The notes: generated by a model from the sequence alone, not told the origin. DNA of 64,000 nucleotides from an uncultured Candidatus Rokubacteria bacterium (GCA_963805625.1 CAWDVE010000019.1:160001-224000); one strand, 5' to 3'. Shown: positions 42,392 through 52,302, counted from the stretch's first letter. Numbers and translations are program-made.

Positions 42392-43717
42392 TCACGTGCC
42401 ATAGACCTCGTGGGCATCAAGCCGTCTCCTGAGAGCCACGTATTCCTCCCGGCCCAGCTTCTTGCCCGCCTCCGCCATCACCCGTCTGGCCTCGCGGGCG
42501 CCGTCCCACAGGAGATCGATCACCATCATGGCCATGGACTTGGCCGGATTGACGGCGGCCAGCCGGTGGTCCACCACGACGTAGTCGCTCGAGTGGGGAG
42601 TGCTCTGGGTCCCGCCGGAGCGCGGGTGCACCGTCGGCATGATGAAGCTCAGGTCACCGACGTCCGTCGAGCCCGTGACGTGGCGGGGTACGCCCATGCG
42701 CTCCTGGCCGACGACGGCCGCGCAGCTCGCGTGGGCCAGGGCCACGAGGTTCGAGTCCGAGTGGTTGGGAAGGTAGCCGGAGATCGTGGTGATCTCGACG
42801 GTCGCCCCCATCGCTAGGGCCCCGGCACGGAGACTGCGGTCTACCTTCGCTGACGCGTCCGCGATGGCCTCGATCGTCTTACCTCGTACCAGCATCTCCA
42901 CGCGCACGTCGGCGGGGATCGCGCTGACCGCCTCGCCCCCGCGCGTGATGATCGGGTGCACGCGAATCCCATCCTCGTCCCGGAACGTCTCGCGCTGGTG
43001 CTCGATGGCGCTCAGCGCCAGCGTCGCCGCCTTCAGCGCGTTCACGCCCAGATGCGGGGCGCCTCCCGCGTGCGCGGCGCGCCCGACGAAGCGGGCCCGC
43101 TTCACGACGCACCCGTTGTGCGTGTCCCCGACCGTCGCCAGGCTTCCGTCGTCCCGGGCCGGCGTGTGCGTGATCGTCACCATGTCGACGTCGTCGAACT
43201 CGCCGAGGCGAATGAGCTCGGCCTTGCCGACGATGAATTCGACCTTCTTCTGCTGCCGCAGGCTCAGGCGCCAGTCGACCTCGATGCATTCCTCGGCCGG
43301 AACGGCGAAGAGGACGACGTCCCCGTCGAGCTGGTCCATCAGCGGCTGGAGGCCCATGCCCGCTCCCAGCATGGACGCGACCTGAGCGTGGTGACCGCAG
43401 GCGTGCGCGGCGCCGGTCGTCGGATCGGCGAACGGGTGATCGGAGACGATCAAGGAATCGAGCTCGCCCAGGATCCCCACGGTGGGCCCCGGCGCCCGCC
43501 CGGGCAGCCGCGCCTTGACGCCCGTCAGGGCCAGCCCGGCGCGGTACGGCAACCCCATCCGCTCGAGCTCCCGGCAAACGTACAGGGCCGTCTGCGTCTC
43601 GCGGAAGCCGGACTCCGGGTGCCGCATGATGTGGTCGCTGATCCGGACGATCTCCTCAGCACGCCGGTCGATCTCGGCGCAGATCCGGGTCTTGAGGTCC
43701 TCTTTCCCTGAGCTCAT
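42392..43717 (-). CDS. M20/M25/M40 family amidohydrolase
   Basis: HPESGFRE, LGELDSL, AHACGH, VPAEE, GRAAHAG, GSTDVGD. Confidence 0.9.
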   Translation of the reverse strand: MSSGKEDLKTRICAEIDRRAEEIVRISDHIMRHPESGFRETQTALYVCRELERMGLPYRAGLALTGVKARLPGRAPGPTVGILGELDSLIVSDHPFADPTTGAAHACGHHAQVASMLGAGMGLQPLMDQLDGDVVLFAVPAEECIEVDWRLSLRQQKKVEFIVGKAELIRLGEFDDVDMVTITHTPARDDGSLATVGDTHNGCVVKRARFVGRAAHAGGAPHLGVNALKAATLALSAIEHQRETFRDEDGIRVHPIITRGGEAVSAIPADVRVEMLVRGKTIEAIADASAKVDRSLRAGALAMGATVEITTISGYLPNHSDSNLVALAHASCAAVVGQERMGVPRHVTGSTDVGDLSFIMPTVHPRSGGTQSTPHSSDYVVVDHRLAAVNPAKSMAMMVIDLLWDGAREARRVMAEAGKKLGREEYVALRRRLDAHEVYGT

Positions 43718-44009
43718 CGGCTCGCCTCTCCCTCGCTCTCTACGGGCGCCGGGACACGCCCACCGGCGACGCTGCGCACACGTCAGCCGGCCATTCTGGC
43801 CGTCGGAGGGAAACCCGTGCGAGTGGCTGGCGACCCTCGGACCCGCCGTGCAACCGGACGGCTCATCGTAGCCCGGTCTCCAGGGACCGGGCAAGGTGCC
43901 ATGACCATCGCGCATGCCATCCGACCACCGCCGCGCGCAGCGAAGCGAGTCGGTCACCTGCGCGAGCGCCGTGACCGGAGCGTGAATCTGGTCGCGGGGC
44001 GGCGGGACG

Positions 44010-45458
44010 CTACGGCGCGGCTGCCGGGACGCGAAGCGCTGCCTCGACCGCGGGCGAGAGGTAGGCCCCCTGGCGGAGCAGCTCGCGCTGGATGGCCCGA
44101 GGGTCGACGTCCCGGAGCCGGGTCGATCCGGCCGCGGCCAGGGCGGCGGCGACACCGGCGGCCTGGCCGGTCATCCAGCACTGCGGGATCTCGCGGAGGA
44201 AGGTGTGCGAGCTGGGATCGCACGAGATGTGGCGCCCCGGCCCGAGGATGCCCTCCAGGTCGGTCGGGACCAGGGAGCCGTACGGCACCGAGATGTTCGG
44301 GACGTTCGGCGACAGGCTGGGCGAGACGCCGATCTCGTCGTCCCACACCGCGGCGGTGTCCCACTGCGCTCGCGTGACGCGGCGGAGGCCGCGGAGGCGC
44401 CGGCTGTGGCGCACGCCGATCTGCGGCGCCCCCAGCATGAGGTACGCGTGCTCGAACCCCGGTGCGTGTGCCCGGTAGACCTCGAGGTGGCCGACCATGA
44501 GCTGGCGCGAGCGGATCTCGACTGCAGTCAGGTCCTCCACGTCGACGGCGCTGTAGCCCGACAGCCGCGGCCCCATGAAGAGCGCCACGTCATTGCGCCA
44601 GCCGACGAACGGCTTCTCGAAGAACCGCAGCTGCTCGCGCCCGCGCGCCATGAAGTCCGAGAACCCCGTGGGGTTCCCGGTGCGGAACGCGATCCAGCGG
44701 TCCATGTCCACGCCGCCGAAGAGCCACGCGGTGTTGGTGCAATGGTGGATGTCCCGCTCGTCGATGTCAGAGTCAAGCGTCGCGCCCACGCGGGCGAAGA
44801 GATCGGCGTCGCCGCTGGCGTCCACCACCACCCGGGCCCGGATGGCCTGCCGGCCCTCCTTGCTCTCGAAGATCGCCCCCTGGATGAGAGGGCCTTCGGC
44901 GACGGGCGCGACCGCCCAGGCGTGAAGGACGAGCTGCACCTTGTGCTCCAGCACCATGTCCATGCACGCAGTCTTGAGCCACTCGGGGTCGATGGTGGGG
45001 GACCAGGTGACGACGCCGTGGAAGGCCGCCGTGCGCTGGGTCCAGTAGGCGGCGGTGGCCTCGTCCCGCGAGCCCCAGGCCTCCTGCGGGGGACCGAAGC
45101 GCGCATCCCGCGGCAGCCGGTCCATCAGCTCCTCGGCGACGCCGCGGATCACGTGGCGGCCCGTCCAGTCGGACATGCGGTCGATCCAGATCACGAGCCC
45201 GCCGGTCGAGAGCCCGCCCAGGTGGTTGTAGCGCTCGACGAGCGTCACGGCCGCGCCGAGGCGCGCGGCCGCGACGGCGGCCGCCACGCCCGCCGGGCCG
45301 CCGCCGACCACGAGCACGTCGGTCTCGGCGAAGACGGGGACATCGCGCGCCGGCTCGTGAACCGTCAGCGCGGGGCGGCGGCGCCGGGCCGGCCTCGCGG
45401 CGTCGCCGAAGATCTCCAGACCCTGCAGGCGAAACAGCTTCTCACCGCTGCCATTCAT
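44010..45458 (-). CDS. FAD-dependent oxidoreductase (FAD_oxidored family)
   Basis: DVLVVGGGPAG, LGGLSTGG, VDASGDAD, GVRHSRR, VPYGSLVP, GRHIS, MTGQAAG. Confidence 0.88.
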   Translation of the reverse strand: MNGSGEKLFRLQGLEIFGDAARPARRRRPALTVHEPARDVPVFAETDVLVVGGGPAGVAAAVAAARLGAAVTLVERYNHLGGLSTGGLVIWIDRMSDWTGRHVIRGVAEELMDRLPRDARFGPPQEAWGSRDEATAAYWTQRTAAFHGVVTWSPTIDPEWLKTACMDMVLEHKVQLVLHAWAVAPVAEGPLIQGAIFESKEGRQAIRARVVVDASGDADLFARVGATLDSDIDERDIHHCTNTAWLFGGVDMDRWIAFRTGNPTGFSDFMARGREQLRFFEKPFVGWRNDVALFMGPRLSGYSAVDVEDLTAVEIRSRQLMVGHLEVYRAHAPGFEHAYLMLGAPQIGVRHSRRLRGLRRVTRAQWDTAAVWDDEIGVSPSLSPNVPNISVPYGSLVPTDLEGILGPGRHISCDPSSHTFLREIPQCWMTGQAAGVAAALAAAGSTRLRDVDPRAIQRELLRQGAYLSPAVEAALRVPAAAP

Positions 45459-45535
45459 CGTCGCGTGTCTCCCGTTCTCGACCTGCTCCGGATTCGGGCT
45501 CGTGTCCAGCGGGGCGCCCTGACCGCGGCGCGCAC

Positions 45536-46079
45536 TCAGGGATCCGGCGTCGGACGCCGGAGGTAGCGACCGCGCGCCGGCCCCACGACGCCGCCGCGAT
45601 CGTAGACGACCTGGCCGCGCAGGAACGTGCACCGCCAGCGCCTCCATCTCGCCCACGTGGGAGGCCTGGATCGGGGCCAGGTGGTACCCGTAGTCGACCC
45701 AGTAGTGGCCGTCCGAGACGCGGAGCACCTCGGGGAAGAACTCGGCGTACGGGCCGCCGCGGTTCAGATAGTACTGGCCGGTGCGGAAGTAGGTCAGCAT
45801 CGCGGTCACGCCGCCGGACGCCGCCGCTCGGCTCTCGCTCCGAGCGTCGCCGGACAGCGGGGCGTAGATGCCTGCGTGCGTGTGGGCGTCCACGACACCC
45901 GGGAAGCCGAGGAGGTGACGGCCATCGAAGACCGTCCGGGCGTCGCCGACGGGAATGCCAGGCGCGATCCGCGCGAAGCGGCCGTCTAACACGCCCAGGT
46001 CGAGGATCTCCACGGCCGGCTGGCGTGGTCGCACGACGCGGACGTTCTTGATGACGAGGTCGAGCGGCGGCGCCGTCAT
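45536..46079 (-). pseudogene. dihydroorotase/allantoinase-family amidohydrolase with large internal deletion
   Basis: N-terminus PGVVDAHTH..AAASGGVT..DYGYHL joined out of frame near 45630 to the terminal TFLRGQVVYDRGGVVGPARGRYL. Confidence 0.75.
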
Positions 46080-46319
46080 GGCCGGCGGTCCGCCGCCCGG
46101 GTCGGCGCGAACCACGTGCTCCACGCCCCTGGTCTGGCCAGTGCTGCGCTCGCCGGCGATCCAGTGCCCTCCGTGGACGCGTCGACTGCCCATCTCGTCT
46201 CCGGTGTCATGATGTCCTATTGCTATAGGATGCGTGCCACCGGTGCAAGGTGCATGCGCGGAGGTCCCGATGGGGATGGCCACTGCCCGGCGGCCTTGGC
46301 CCCCGAGAGCCCGGCTCGA

Positions 46320-47363
46320 CTACACGGCGTCGTGCAGCGTGACTGGAACGTCGTAGGCGCGCCAATCCGGAATCGCCGCGGTCGTGAGACGGGCGAACCG
46401 GCCTTTGCTGAGGGCGACGTGGCGCCCCATGAGGATCCGGCAATCGCCCAGGATGAAGTCGAGATGGAGGTTCTGCACCGCGTTGTCTGCGTCGGCGCTG
46501 CCCACGCCGAGGTGAAAGCTCGCGACGCGCTCGTTGAGGAGAATGTCTGCCGGCACGAAGCCCGGGATGCCGTCGTTGGTGCCGATCCCGATCTCGACGA
46601 CCTCGTTGCAGTGCGGCACCAGCAGAAACTCCTCGACCAGTTCCCGGGCGAGCGCGTGACGGCTGTCGACGTCGGTGATCCTCCCGCGTGAGATGCGCAG
46701 CGTGACCGGGTTCGCGCCCAATCGCGCGTCGAGCGGCCAGCCGATGTTGGACCCGATCGCGCCGTCGGCCACGAGGATGCCGTCGACGTCGGCGCTCCGG
46801 GTGTTCACCTCGGCTGGCGGCCAGACCCCGGGGTAGCCGCCCGCGGCCTCGCCGTACGTATTGGCCCACGGCGCTGCCCGATCGAGCTCCACCTCGAGAC
46901 GGGTGCCGCGATTGCTTTGCACGGTGAGATGGCCGGCGCGGCGCGCCCGTTCGATGAGATCCCAGTTCCGCCGCCGAAGCGTGTCCTGGCGGCGCCGGAA
47001 CCCGCGGCATACGGACTCGGCTGTGGCGCCAAAGAAACGGTACGCGCGCGGTGCGCGAGGGCGGGTCGACATGTAGCGGAGCAGCGCCCGCGTGTGGTGG
47101 CTCTCGCCTGATTCGAGGAACACGACCGCGTCGCATGGCTTCTCGAGAGACGCCTCGATGGCCGTCCAGGCGAGCCTGGCGGAGACGCTCCTGACCGTGA
47201 TGCCGGCACCGGCGGCGATCACTCCGACGGCGCGACAAACGCCCTCTACTGCGGGGTCGTAGACCAGGACCGTTGCCTGACCGGCCGTGAGGCGGGCGTA
47301 GTCGGAGAGCAGCGCCCGCGCACCTCGCATGAACGCGCGGTCGTTCAGATGGCCCGACGTCAT
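46320..47363 (-). CDS. M29/aminopeptidase T-like metallopeptidase (CgnB/E-like fold)
   Basis: RGTRLEV, WPPAEV, DGILVADG, EIGIGTN, NER..FHLGVG, LHLDF. Confidence 0.72.
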   Translation of the reverse strand: MTSGHLNDRAFMRGARALLSDYARLTAGQATVLVYDPAVEGVCRAVGVIAAGAGITVRSVSARLAWTAIEASLEKPCDAVVFLESGESHHTRALLRYMSTRPRAPRAYRFFGATAESVCRGFRRRQDTLRRRNWDLIERARRAGHLTVQSNRGTRLEVELDRAAPWANTYGEAAGGYPGVWPPAEVNTRSADVDGILVADGAIGSNIGWPLDARLGANPVTLRISRGRITDVDSRHALARELVEEFLLVPHCNEVVEIGIGTNDGIPGFVPADILLNERVASFHLGVGSADADNAVQNLHLDFILGDCRILMGRHVALSKGRFARLTTAAIPDWRAYDVPVTLHDAV

Positions 47364-47427
47364 GCCGTCTCGGCCGTCGGCCCCCTCGGCCCATGACCGG
47401 GCCAGTCCGGGACGACGCCCGGGTTGA

Positions 47428-47718
47428 TCAGCGCGCCGCGCGGCTACCCGGCTTCCGCCGCCGAGACTGTGCGGGTTTCGCCGCGCGGCGCAGCTCCAGG
47501 CAGGCGAGAGCATGCCCGTTCGGGTCCAGGGCATTCGAAGAGAAGACCAGGGTCACCGACGGGACGACGCGCTTCGTCGCGCGCCGGAGCTGCTCCTGTT
47601 GCGGCTGTGTCAGCTCCAGCGTGATTCTCCGCCTTGCCGGGATTTCGATGGACCAGCTCGCTTGGCGGGCCGCGAGACGCCGGCGAAAGGCTGCCACTCT
47701 TCGTGCTTGGGTCGCCAT
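47428..47718 (-). CDS. small basic hypothetical protein (possible precursor/leader-type peptide)
   Basis: GGAGGTGA Shine-Dalgarno just before the ATG; co-oriented 64 nt upstream of the peptidase. Confidence 0.55.
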   Translation of the reverse strand: MATQARRVAAFRRRLAARQASWSIEIPARRRITLELTQPQQEQLRRATKRVVPSVTLVFSSNALDPNGHALACLELRRAAKPAQSRRRKPGSRAAR

Positions 47719-47894
47719 GGATCACCTCCAGATGTCGGGCGATGGCACCGGGCGCGCCGCCTGCGGCAGGGGGCCCGGGCGACCGCGCGCGTCGCTCCGT
47801 GGCAGAGCTGGTACGCGCTACGCGGCGTGCCGCGCGAGGCCATGGTGGTACCTTAGCCCCGGCGCAGTGGGCGCATCAACTCCCCTTGGGACCA

Positions 47895-48284
47895 CGGGGT
47901 CTGGCGAGCCGATGGGGGCCTGGACCCGAAGAGCCTGGGCGTCCTGGAGACCGGATCCTGGATGGATCAGGACGCGGCGGTGGTGGTGGCCCGCGTCGGG
48001 CGAGAGGCGCTCATCGGCTACGCGCGTCGGGCGTTGGGCGCCGTGGATGCCCTGGTGGCGTCGCTCCAGGGCGCCGACCTCGAGCTGTGGCGCAATTCCA
48101 TCATGGAGTTCGTGAGCAACCCCGAGGGTCTGGGTGCCACCGAGACGTCGGGTGCCGCGACGACCGTGGCGGGAGACCTCGCCTTCCACTTCTCTCACGC
48201 GAGTTCTCTCACGCGAGCCGACATCAGGGCATGATCGAGGGGCTCGGAGGGATGCTCGGGCGGAACGGGACGACGATTATGTGA
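47895..48284 (+). pseudogene. DinB-family C-terminal fragment
   Basis: WGLDPKSLGVLETG..MDQDAA..YARRA..FHFSHASRHQGMIE; 5' part missing, frame broken by a 14-bp duplication. Confidence 0.55.
48190..48217. repeat. perfect 14-bp tandem duplication
   Basis: TTCTCTCACGCGAG twice in direct tandem. Confidence 0.9.
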
Positions 48285-48356
48285 CGCGACGGAGGCGCCG
48301 GCGCCCGGTGGACGCCGGCCCGTGCCTCCGTCTCGTGTCGCGCGTGGACGAACGGC

Positions 48357-49463
48357 TCAGCGGATGCTGAACACGGGCTCGCCGAGCGCCTTCTCGTCCA
48401 CGCTGATCCCCAGACCGGGACGGCTCGACACCTCCGACCAGCCGTCGCGCGGCTCCGGCGTCCCCTCGGCGATGTGCTCGTTTACCATCATGTTGATGAG
48501 CATGCCGTTCAGGAGCGACTGCGGCGGGGTGCTGGCGGCGAGATGCGCCATGGCGGCGGTGACCACGTCGCCACCTCCGGCATCCTCCATGGTCATGGCC
48601 AGCCCCCACTGCCGGCAGACGTCGCGCGCGAGCCGGACGCGGCTGATGCCGCCGAGCCGCGACAGCTTGAGCATCGCGCAATCCATGGCTCCGGCGGCCT
48701 GGGCGGCGAACAGGGCGTCCAGGTCCGTCAGGGCCTCGTCGAGGATCATCGGCCGCGCGGTGCGGCGACGGATCGCCAGGCACTCCGCCAGCGTCCGGCA
48801 GGGCTGTTCGAGGTAGATCGGCTCGTCCTCGAGCGCGGCGATGAACTGGGCAGCCTCGTGCTGGCGCCAGTAGGCGTTGGCGTCGACGATGACCACCTCC
48901 TGGTCCCGCACCACGTCGAGACAGGCCCGGGCGCGCGCCACGTCGAGCTGCCAGTGGCCGCTGCCGACCTTGACCTGGTAGCGGCGGAAGCCCTGCGCGC
49001 GGAGCTGCTCGGCTCGCTCTCGCATCGCCTCGGGCCGGTTCACCCCGACGACGTGGTAGATGGGGAATCGCGCCTGGAAGGTCCCGCCCAGGAGGTCGCT
49101 CACGGGGAGGCCGGTCGCCTGGCCGAGGAGGTCCCAGCAGGCGATGTCGATGGGGGACTTGGCGTAGGCATGACCGTAGAGAGCCCCGTCCATCCGCGCG
49201 TAGACCTGCTCGATCTGTCGCGGGTCCGCTCCGAGCAAGGCCGGTCCCATGAGCTGGATGGCGGCCCGCGTGCCCTCGGGAAACGCCAGCATGTAGGTCG
49301 GGTTGAAGGGACACCCCTCGCCCCAGCCGACTAGCCCCTCGTCGGTGCTGACCTTCACGAGGGTGCTGTCCTCGGCGCTGACCGTGCGCCCGCCCGACAG
49401 CGTCAGCGGGCCGCCGGCGAGCGTGTAGCGGAAGCGATAGACGTCGATGCGCGAGATCTTCAC
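48357..49463 (-). CDS. mandelate racemase/muconate lactonizing enzyme family (hydroxyproline betaine epimerase / cis-3-hydroxyproline dehydratase-like)
   Basis: GWGEGCP, GHAYAKSPIDIACWD, YQVKVG, DAN, LEQPC, ILDE, KLSRLGG, EDAGGGD. Confidence 0.85.
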   Translation of the reverse strand: MKISRIDVYRFRYTLAGGPLTLSGGRTVSAEDSTLVKVSTDEGLVGWGEGCPFNPTYMLAFPEGTRAAIQLMGPALLGADPRQIEQVYARMDGALYGHAYAKSPIDIACWDLLGQATGLPVSDLLGGTFQARFPIYHVVGVNRPEAMRERAEQLRAQGFRRYQVKVGSGHWQLDVARARACLDVVRDQEVVIVDANAYWRQHEAAQFIAALEDEPIYLEQPCRTLAECLAIRRRTARPMILDEALTDLDALFAAQAAGAMDCAMLKLSRLGGISRVRLARDVCRQWGLAMTMEDAGGGDVVTAAMAHLAASTPPQSLLNGMLINMMVNEHIAEGTPEPRDGWSEVSSRPGLGISVDEKALGEPVFSIR

Positions 49464-49691
49464 GGATGCCCCCGTTCGGTGTCAGTGCCCGGATCTCTCC
49501 CGAGGCCGCGGCGATGCGCGTCGCGCGTGACGCCGGGAGACGAGCAAGAGAAGAAGCGCTCCGGGCGTGAAAGTCAAGCGCCGGCCGCGGCGCTCGACGT
49601 CGACCCTCGGCGCATCGTCCCGCGCCGTGCGGGCCTGGGGCTGGCATGGCGGGACACCGGAACTGCCGGAGCCGCCCGCGTGAATCGACGC

Positions 49692-50180
49692 TCAGGCTGT
49701 CCGGTCCTCTCCTCTGCCGCTGACACCGGTCCCTTCGAGGGACGCCGGCTCGATGGGGGACACCACGCTCCGAACCACCTGATGCAAGGCGGCGATATCA
49801 AAGGGCTTCATGAAAGTCGCGACGGCTCCGACCTTGGTCGCCATGTCCTCAATGGGACGGTCCTGATAGGTCGCGTCGCCAGTCATGATGATGACGGGAA
49901 TTCCGGGGTAGAGGCGGCGCACCGCGCAAACCAGACCGAAGCCATCGAGGCGCGGCATGACCACGTCGGTCACCAGGATATCGGGGACCCACGTCTCCGC
50001 CAGCGCCAACGCCTCGCGGCCGTTCATGGCCGTCAGTACCCGGAGGTAGCCGTCCTCCAGGACGGTCTGGAAGAGCTCCAGGAGAGTGGGCTCGTTGTCG
50101 GCGATCAGCACGACGGGGGCGAGATCCAGCGGTGGGGCGCTCGGGACGGGGGACGGTCGGGTCGACGTGAGCTGTGCCAT
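49692..50180 (-). CDS. single-domain response regulator
   Basis: VLIADNE, DILVTDVVMP, IIMTG, FMKPF; GGAGGAG RBS. Confidence 0.85.
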   Translation of the reverse strand: MAQLTSTRPSPVPSAPPLDLAPVVLIADNEPTLLELFQTVLEDGYLRVLTAMNGREALALAETWVPDILVTDVVMPRLDGFGLVCAVRRLYPGIPVIIMTGDATYQDRPIEDMATKVGAVATFMKPFDIAALHQVVRSVVSPIEPASLEGTGVSGRGEDRTA

Positions 50181-50239
50181 CACTCCTCCACATTGTGACG
50201 TGGGCCGGCTATGAGAATCGATAACAGAACGCTGATCAC

Positions 50240-50255
50240 AGCAAGACGAGTGCCT
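50240..50255 (-). promoter_or_regulatory. sigma-54-like promoter
   Basis: Minus strand AGGCAC-TCGTC-TTGCT, 60 nt upstream of the response regulator ATG. Confidence 0.55.
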
Positions 50256-50493
50256 TGAGCGACCGGCGGGGAATTCGCGGTAGCTTGCCGAATCGAAACC
50301 GGACAACTTGTCGCTGCGGTGCCATGATGGCCGGATTCGTCCCGCATGCGACCCGGGAAGAGGAAGGCGGCGGACACGAGATCCGTCCTGGCAAGAACCT
50401 TGCTGCGACCAGCGCGTGCGAGCACTGACAGAGCCGAGCATCCGAGCGCGGCGCCGAAGTCATCCGAGGCGCCCCGGGGAGGCGTCGCGCGGG

Positions 50494-51711
50494 ATGAGTG
50501 ACTCCCTCGCAACCGCAGAGGCGGCCGCGCTCCGCTACGTGAGCGACGGCACGCCGGGCATCCACCGTGTGCGGGCGGGTCGGGGATTCCGTTACGTGGC
50601 GGCCGATGGGTCTCCCGTCCGCGACCTCGTCACCCGTCGCCGTATCCGGGCGCTCGCGATCCCACCGGCCTGGACCGAGGTCTGGATCTGCGCGTCGCCC
50701 GAGGGGCACATCCAGGCCATTGGCCGCGACGCCAAGGGGCGCAAGCAGTACCGCTATCACGCTCGCTGGCGCGAGACTCGGGACGCGACCAAGTATGCGC
50801 GGCTGGCTTTGTTCGCCGAGCGGCTGCCGGCCATCCGCCGGCGCGTGAGCGAAGACCTCGGCCGGACCGGGTTACCCAGGGAGCGGATCCTCGCCGCGGT
50901 CGTGCGCCTCCTCGAGACCTCCCTGATCCGGATCGGGAACGTCGAGTACGCGGAGGAGAACAACTCGTTTGGCCTGACGACCTTGCGAAACCGGCACGTC
51001 ACCGTCGATGGGTCGAGCCTCCGCTTCGAGTTCCGCGGCAAGGGGGGAAAGCGGCACGTCGTGAACGTCGCGGATCGACGGCTGGCCCGGATCGTCCGAC
51101 AGTGTCAGGAGCTACCGGGCCACGAGCTGTTCCAATGCGTAGACGAGGACGGGCAGCATCACGCCATCGGCTCGGCCGACGTCAACGCCTATCTCCGCGA
51201 AATCGCGGGCGAGGAGTTCACGGCCAAGGATTTCCGCACGTGGGCCGGCACGGTATTGGCGGCGAGCGCGTTGCGGGACGGCGGGTTCGAGTCCGACCTG
51301 GAGGCGAAGCGGAACGTTGCGCGGGCCATCGAGACCGTGGCGGAGCGCCTGGGCAACACGCCAGCCATCTGCCGGAAGTGCTACGTGCACCCCGCGGTGG
51401 TCGAGGCCTACTTCGAGAAGACGCTGCCACGGGCCCCGGAGCAAGCAGCGCCGGAACGGGCGGTGTCACCAGCGGGCCTGGAGCCCGACGAAGCGGCCCT
51501 TCTCGTGCTCCTGCGGGCTCGACAGTGCGTGGGACCGGGCGCTCACCCGGGGCGTCGCCGGCGAGCGACGTCGGGAAGACCGGCCGCGTCGCTCAGGGGC
51601 TGGTCGAGCCACCAGCTCGCGCGTGGGCTCGTGGGCTCACGGGAGGGTTCACGACGTGAAGCCACAGGCCGAGTGTCGTCAGACCCGTTCCGAATCCGGC
51701 GCGACCGTTGA
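50494..51711 (+). CDS. DNA topoisomerase IB (bacterial/poxvirus type)
   Basis: IPPAWTEVWI, GRKQYRYH, IRIGN..Y, FRGKGGK, AKDFRTW, LGNTPAICRKCYVHP. Confidence 0.93.
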   Translation: MSDSLATAEAAALRYVSDGTPGIHRVRAGRGFRYVAADGSPVRDLVTRRRIRALAIPPAWTEVWICASPEGHIQAIGRDAKGRKQYRYHARWRETRDATKYARLALFAERLPAIRRRVSEDLGRTGLPRERILAAVVRLLETSLIRIGNVEYAEENNSFGLTTLRNRHVTVDGSSLRFEFRGKGGKRHVVNVADRRLARIVRQCQELPGHELFQCVDEDGQHHAIGSADVNAYLREIAGEEFTAKDFRTWAGTVLAASALRDGGFESDLEAKRNVARAIETVAERLGNTPAICRKCYVHPAVVEAYFEKTLPRAPEQAAPERAVSPAGLEPDEAALLVLLRARQCVGPGAHPGRRRRATSGRPAASLRGWSSHQLARGLVGSREGSRREATGRVSSDPFRIRRDR

Positions 51712-51756
51712 CGAACCCGCCGCACAGGACGCCGACGGCGATGACGAGGACAGTGC

Positions 51757-52215
51757 TCACGCCTCGGGCTTCTCGCGGCCCGAGAGCAGCCGGTCCAGCT
51801 GATTCGCGAACGCATGGCTGTCGCCCCGACTCCAGGGCGCGGGCCCGCCAGTCTGGAAGCCGGTCGTGCGCAGCTCGGCCATGAGGTTACGCACGGCGAG
51901 GCGCTCCGGGATATTCTCCGGCGTATAGAGCACGCCACGCGGATCGAGCGCGTGGGCGCCACGGCCGATCACCTCCGCCGCGAGCGGGACATCGGCCGTG
52001 ACGACCAGGTCGCCGGCCTGGACCTGGTCCACGATCTCCCGGTCGGCGACGTTGAAGCCCCGCCGGACGCGCATGGTTCGGATCAATGGCGACGGCGGGG
52101 TCCGGACGAGCGTGTTGGCCACCAGGACCATGGGGACCTGCTGGCGCTCGGCGGCGCGGAACAGGATCTCCTTGATGGGCCTCGGGCAGGCGTCGGCGTC
52201 GACCCAGATCTGCAC
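51757..52215 (-). CDS. YaiI/YqxD family (DUF188) protein
   Basis: [28 protein letters not shown]. Confidence 0.9.
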   Translation of the reverse strand: MQIWVDADACPRPIKEILFRAAERQQVPMVLVANTLVRTPPSPLIRTMRVRRGFNVADREIVDQVQAGDLVVTADVPLAAEVIGRGAHALDPRGVLYTPENIPERLAVRNLMAELRTTGFQTGGPAPWSRGDSHAFANQLDRLLSGREKPEA

Positions 52216-52302
52216 GCTAGGGGCGGCACCCCGAACGGGTGCCGCCTCGAGGCCTGCGGGAGGCGGCGCGCGACCAGCCTGGCCACCCGGGCGAGCCGCG
52301 AC

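Noticed and set aside
44010-46283. 757-aa apparent amidohydrolase-FAD oxidoreductase fusion ORF
   Set aside because: The internal deletion in the upstream gene shifts it into the oxidoreductase frame. The true amidohydrolase C-terminus and stop (45536) are in another frame, and the oxidoreductase has its own ATG at 45458.
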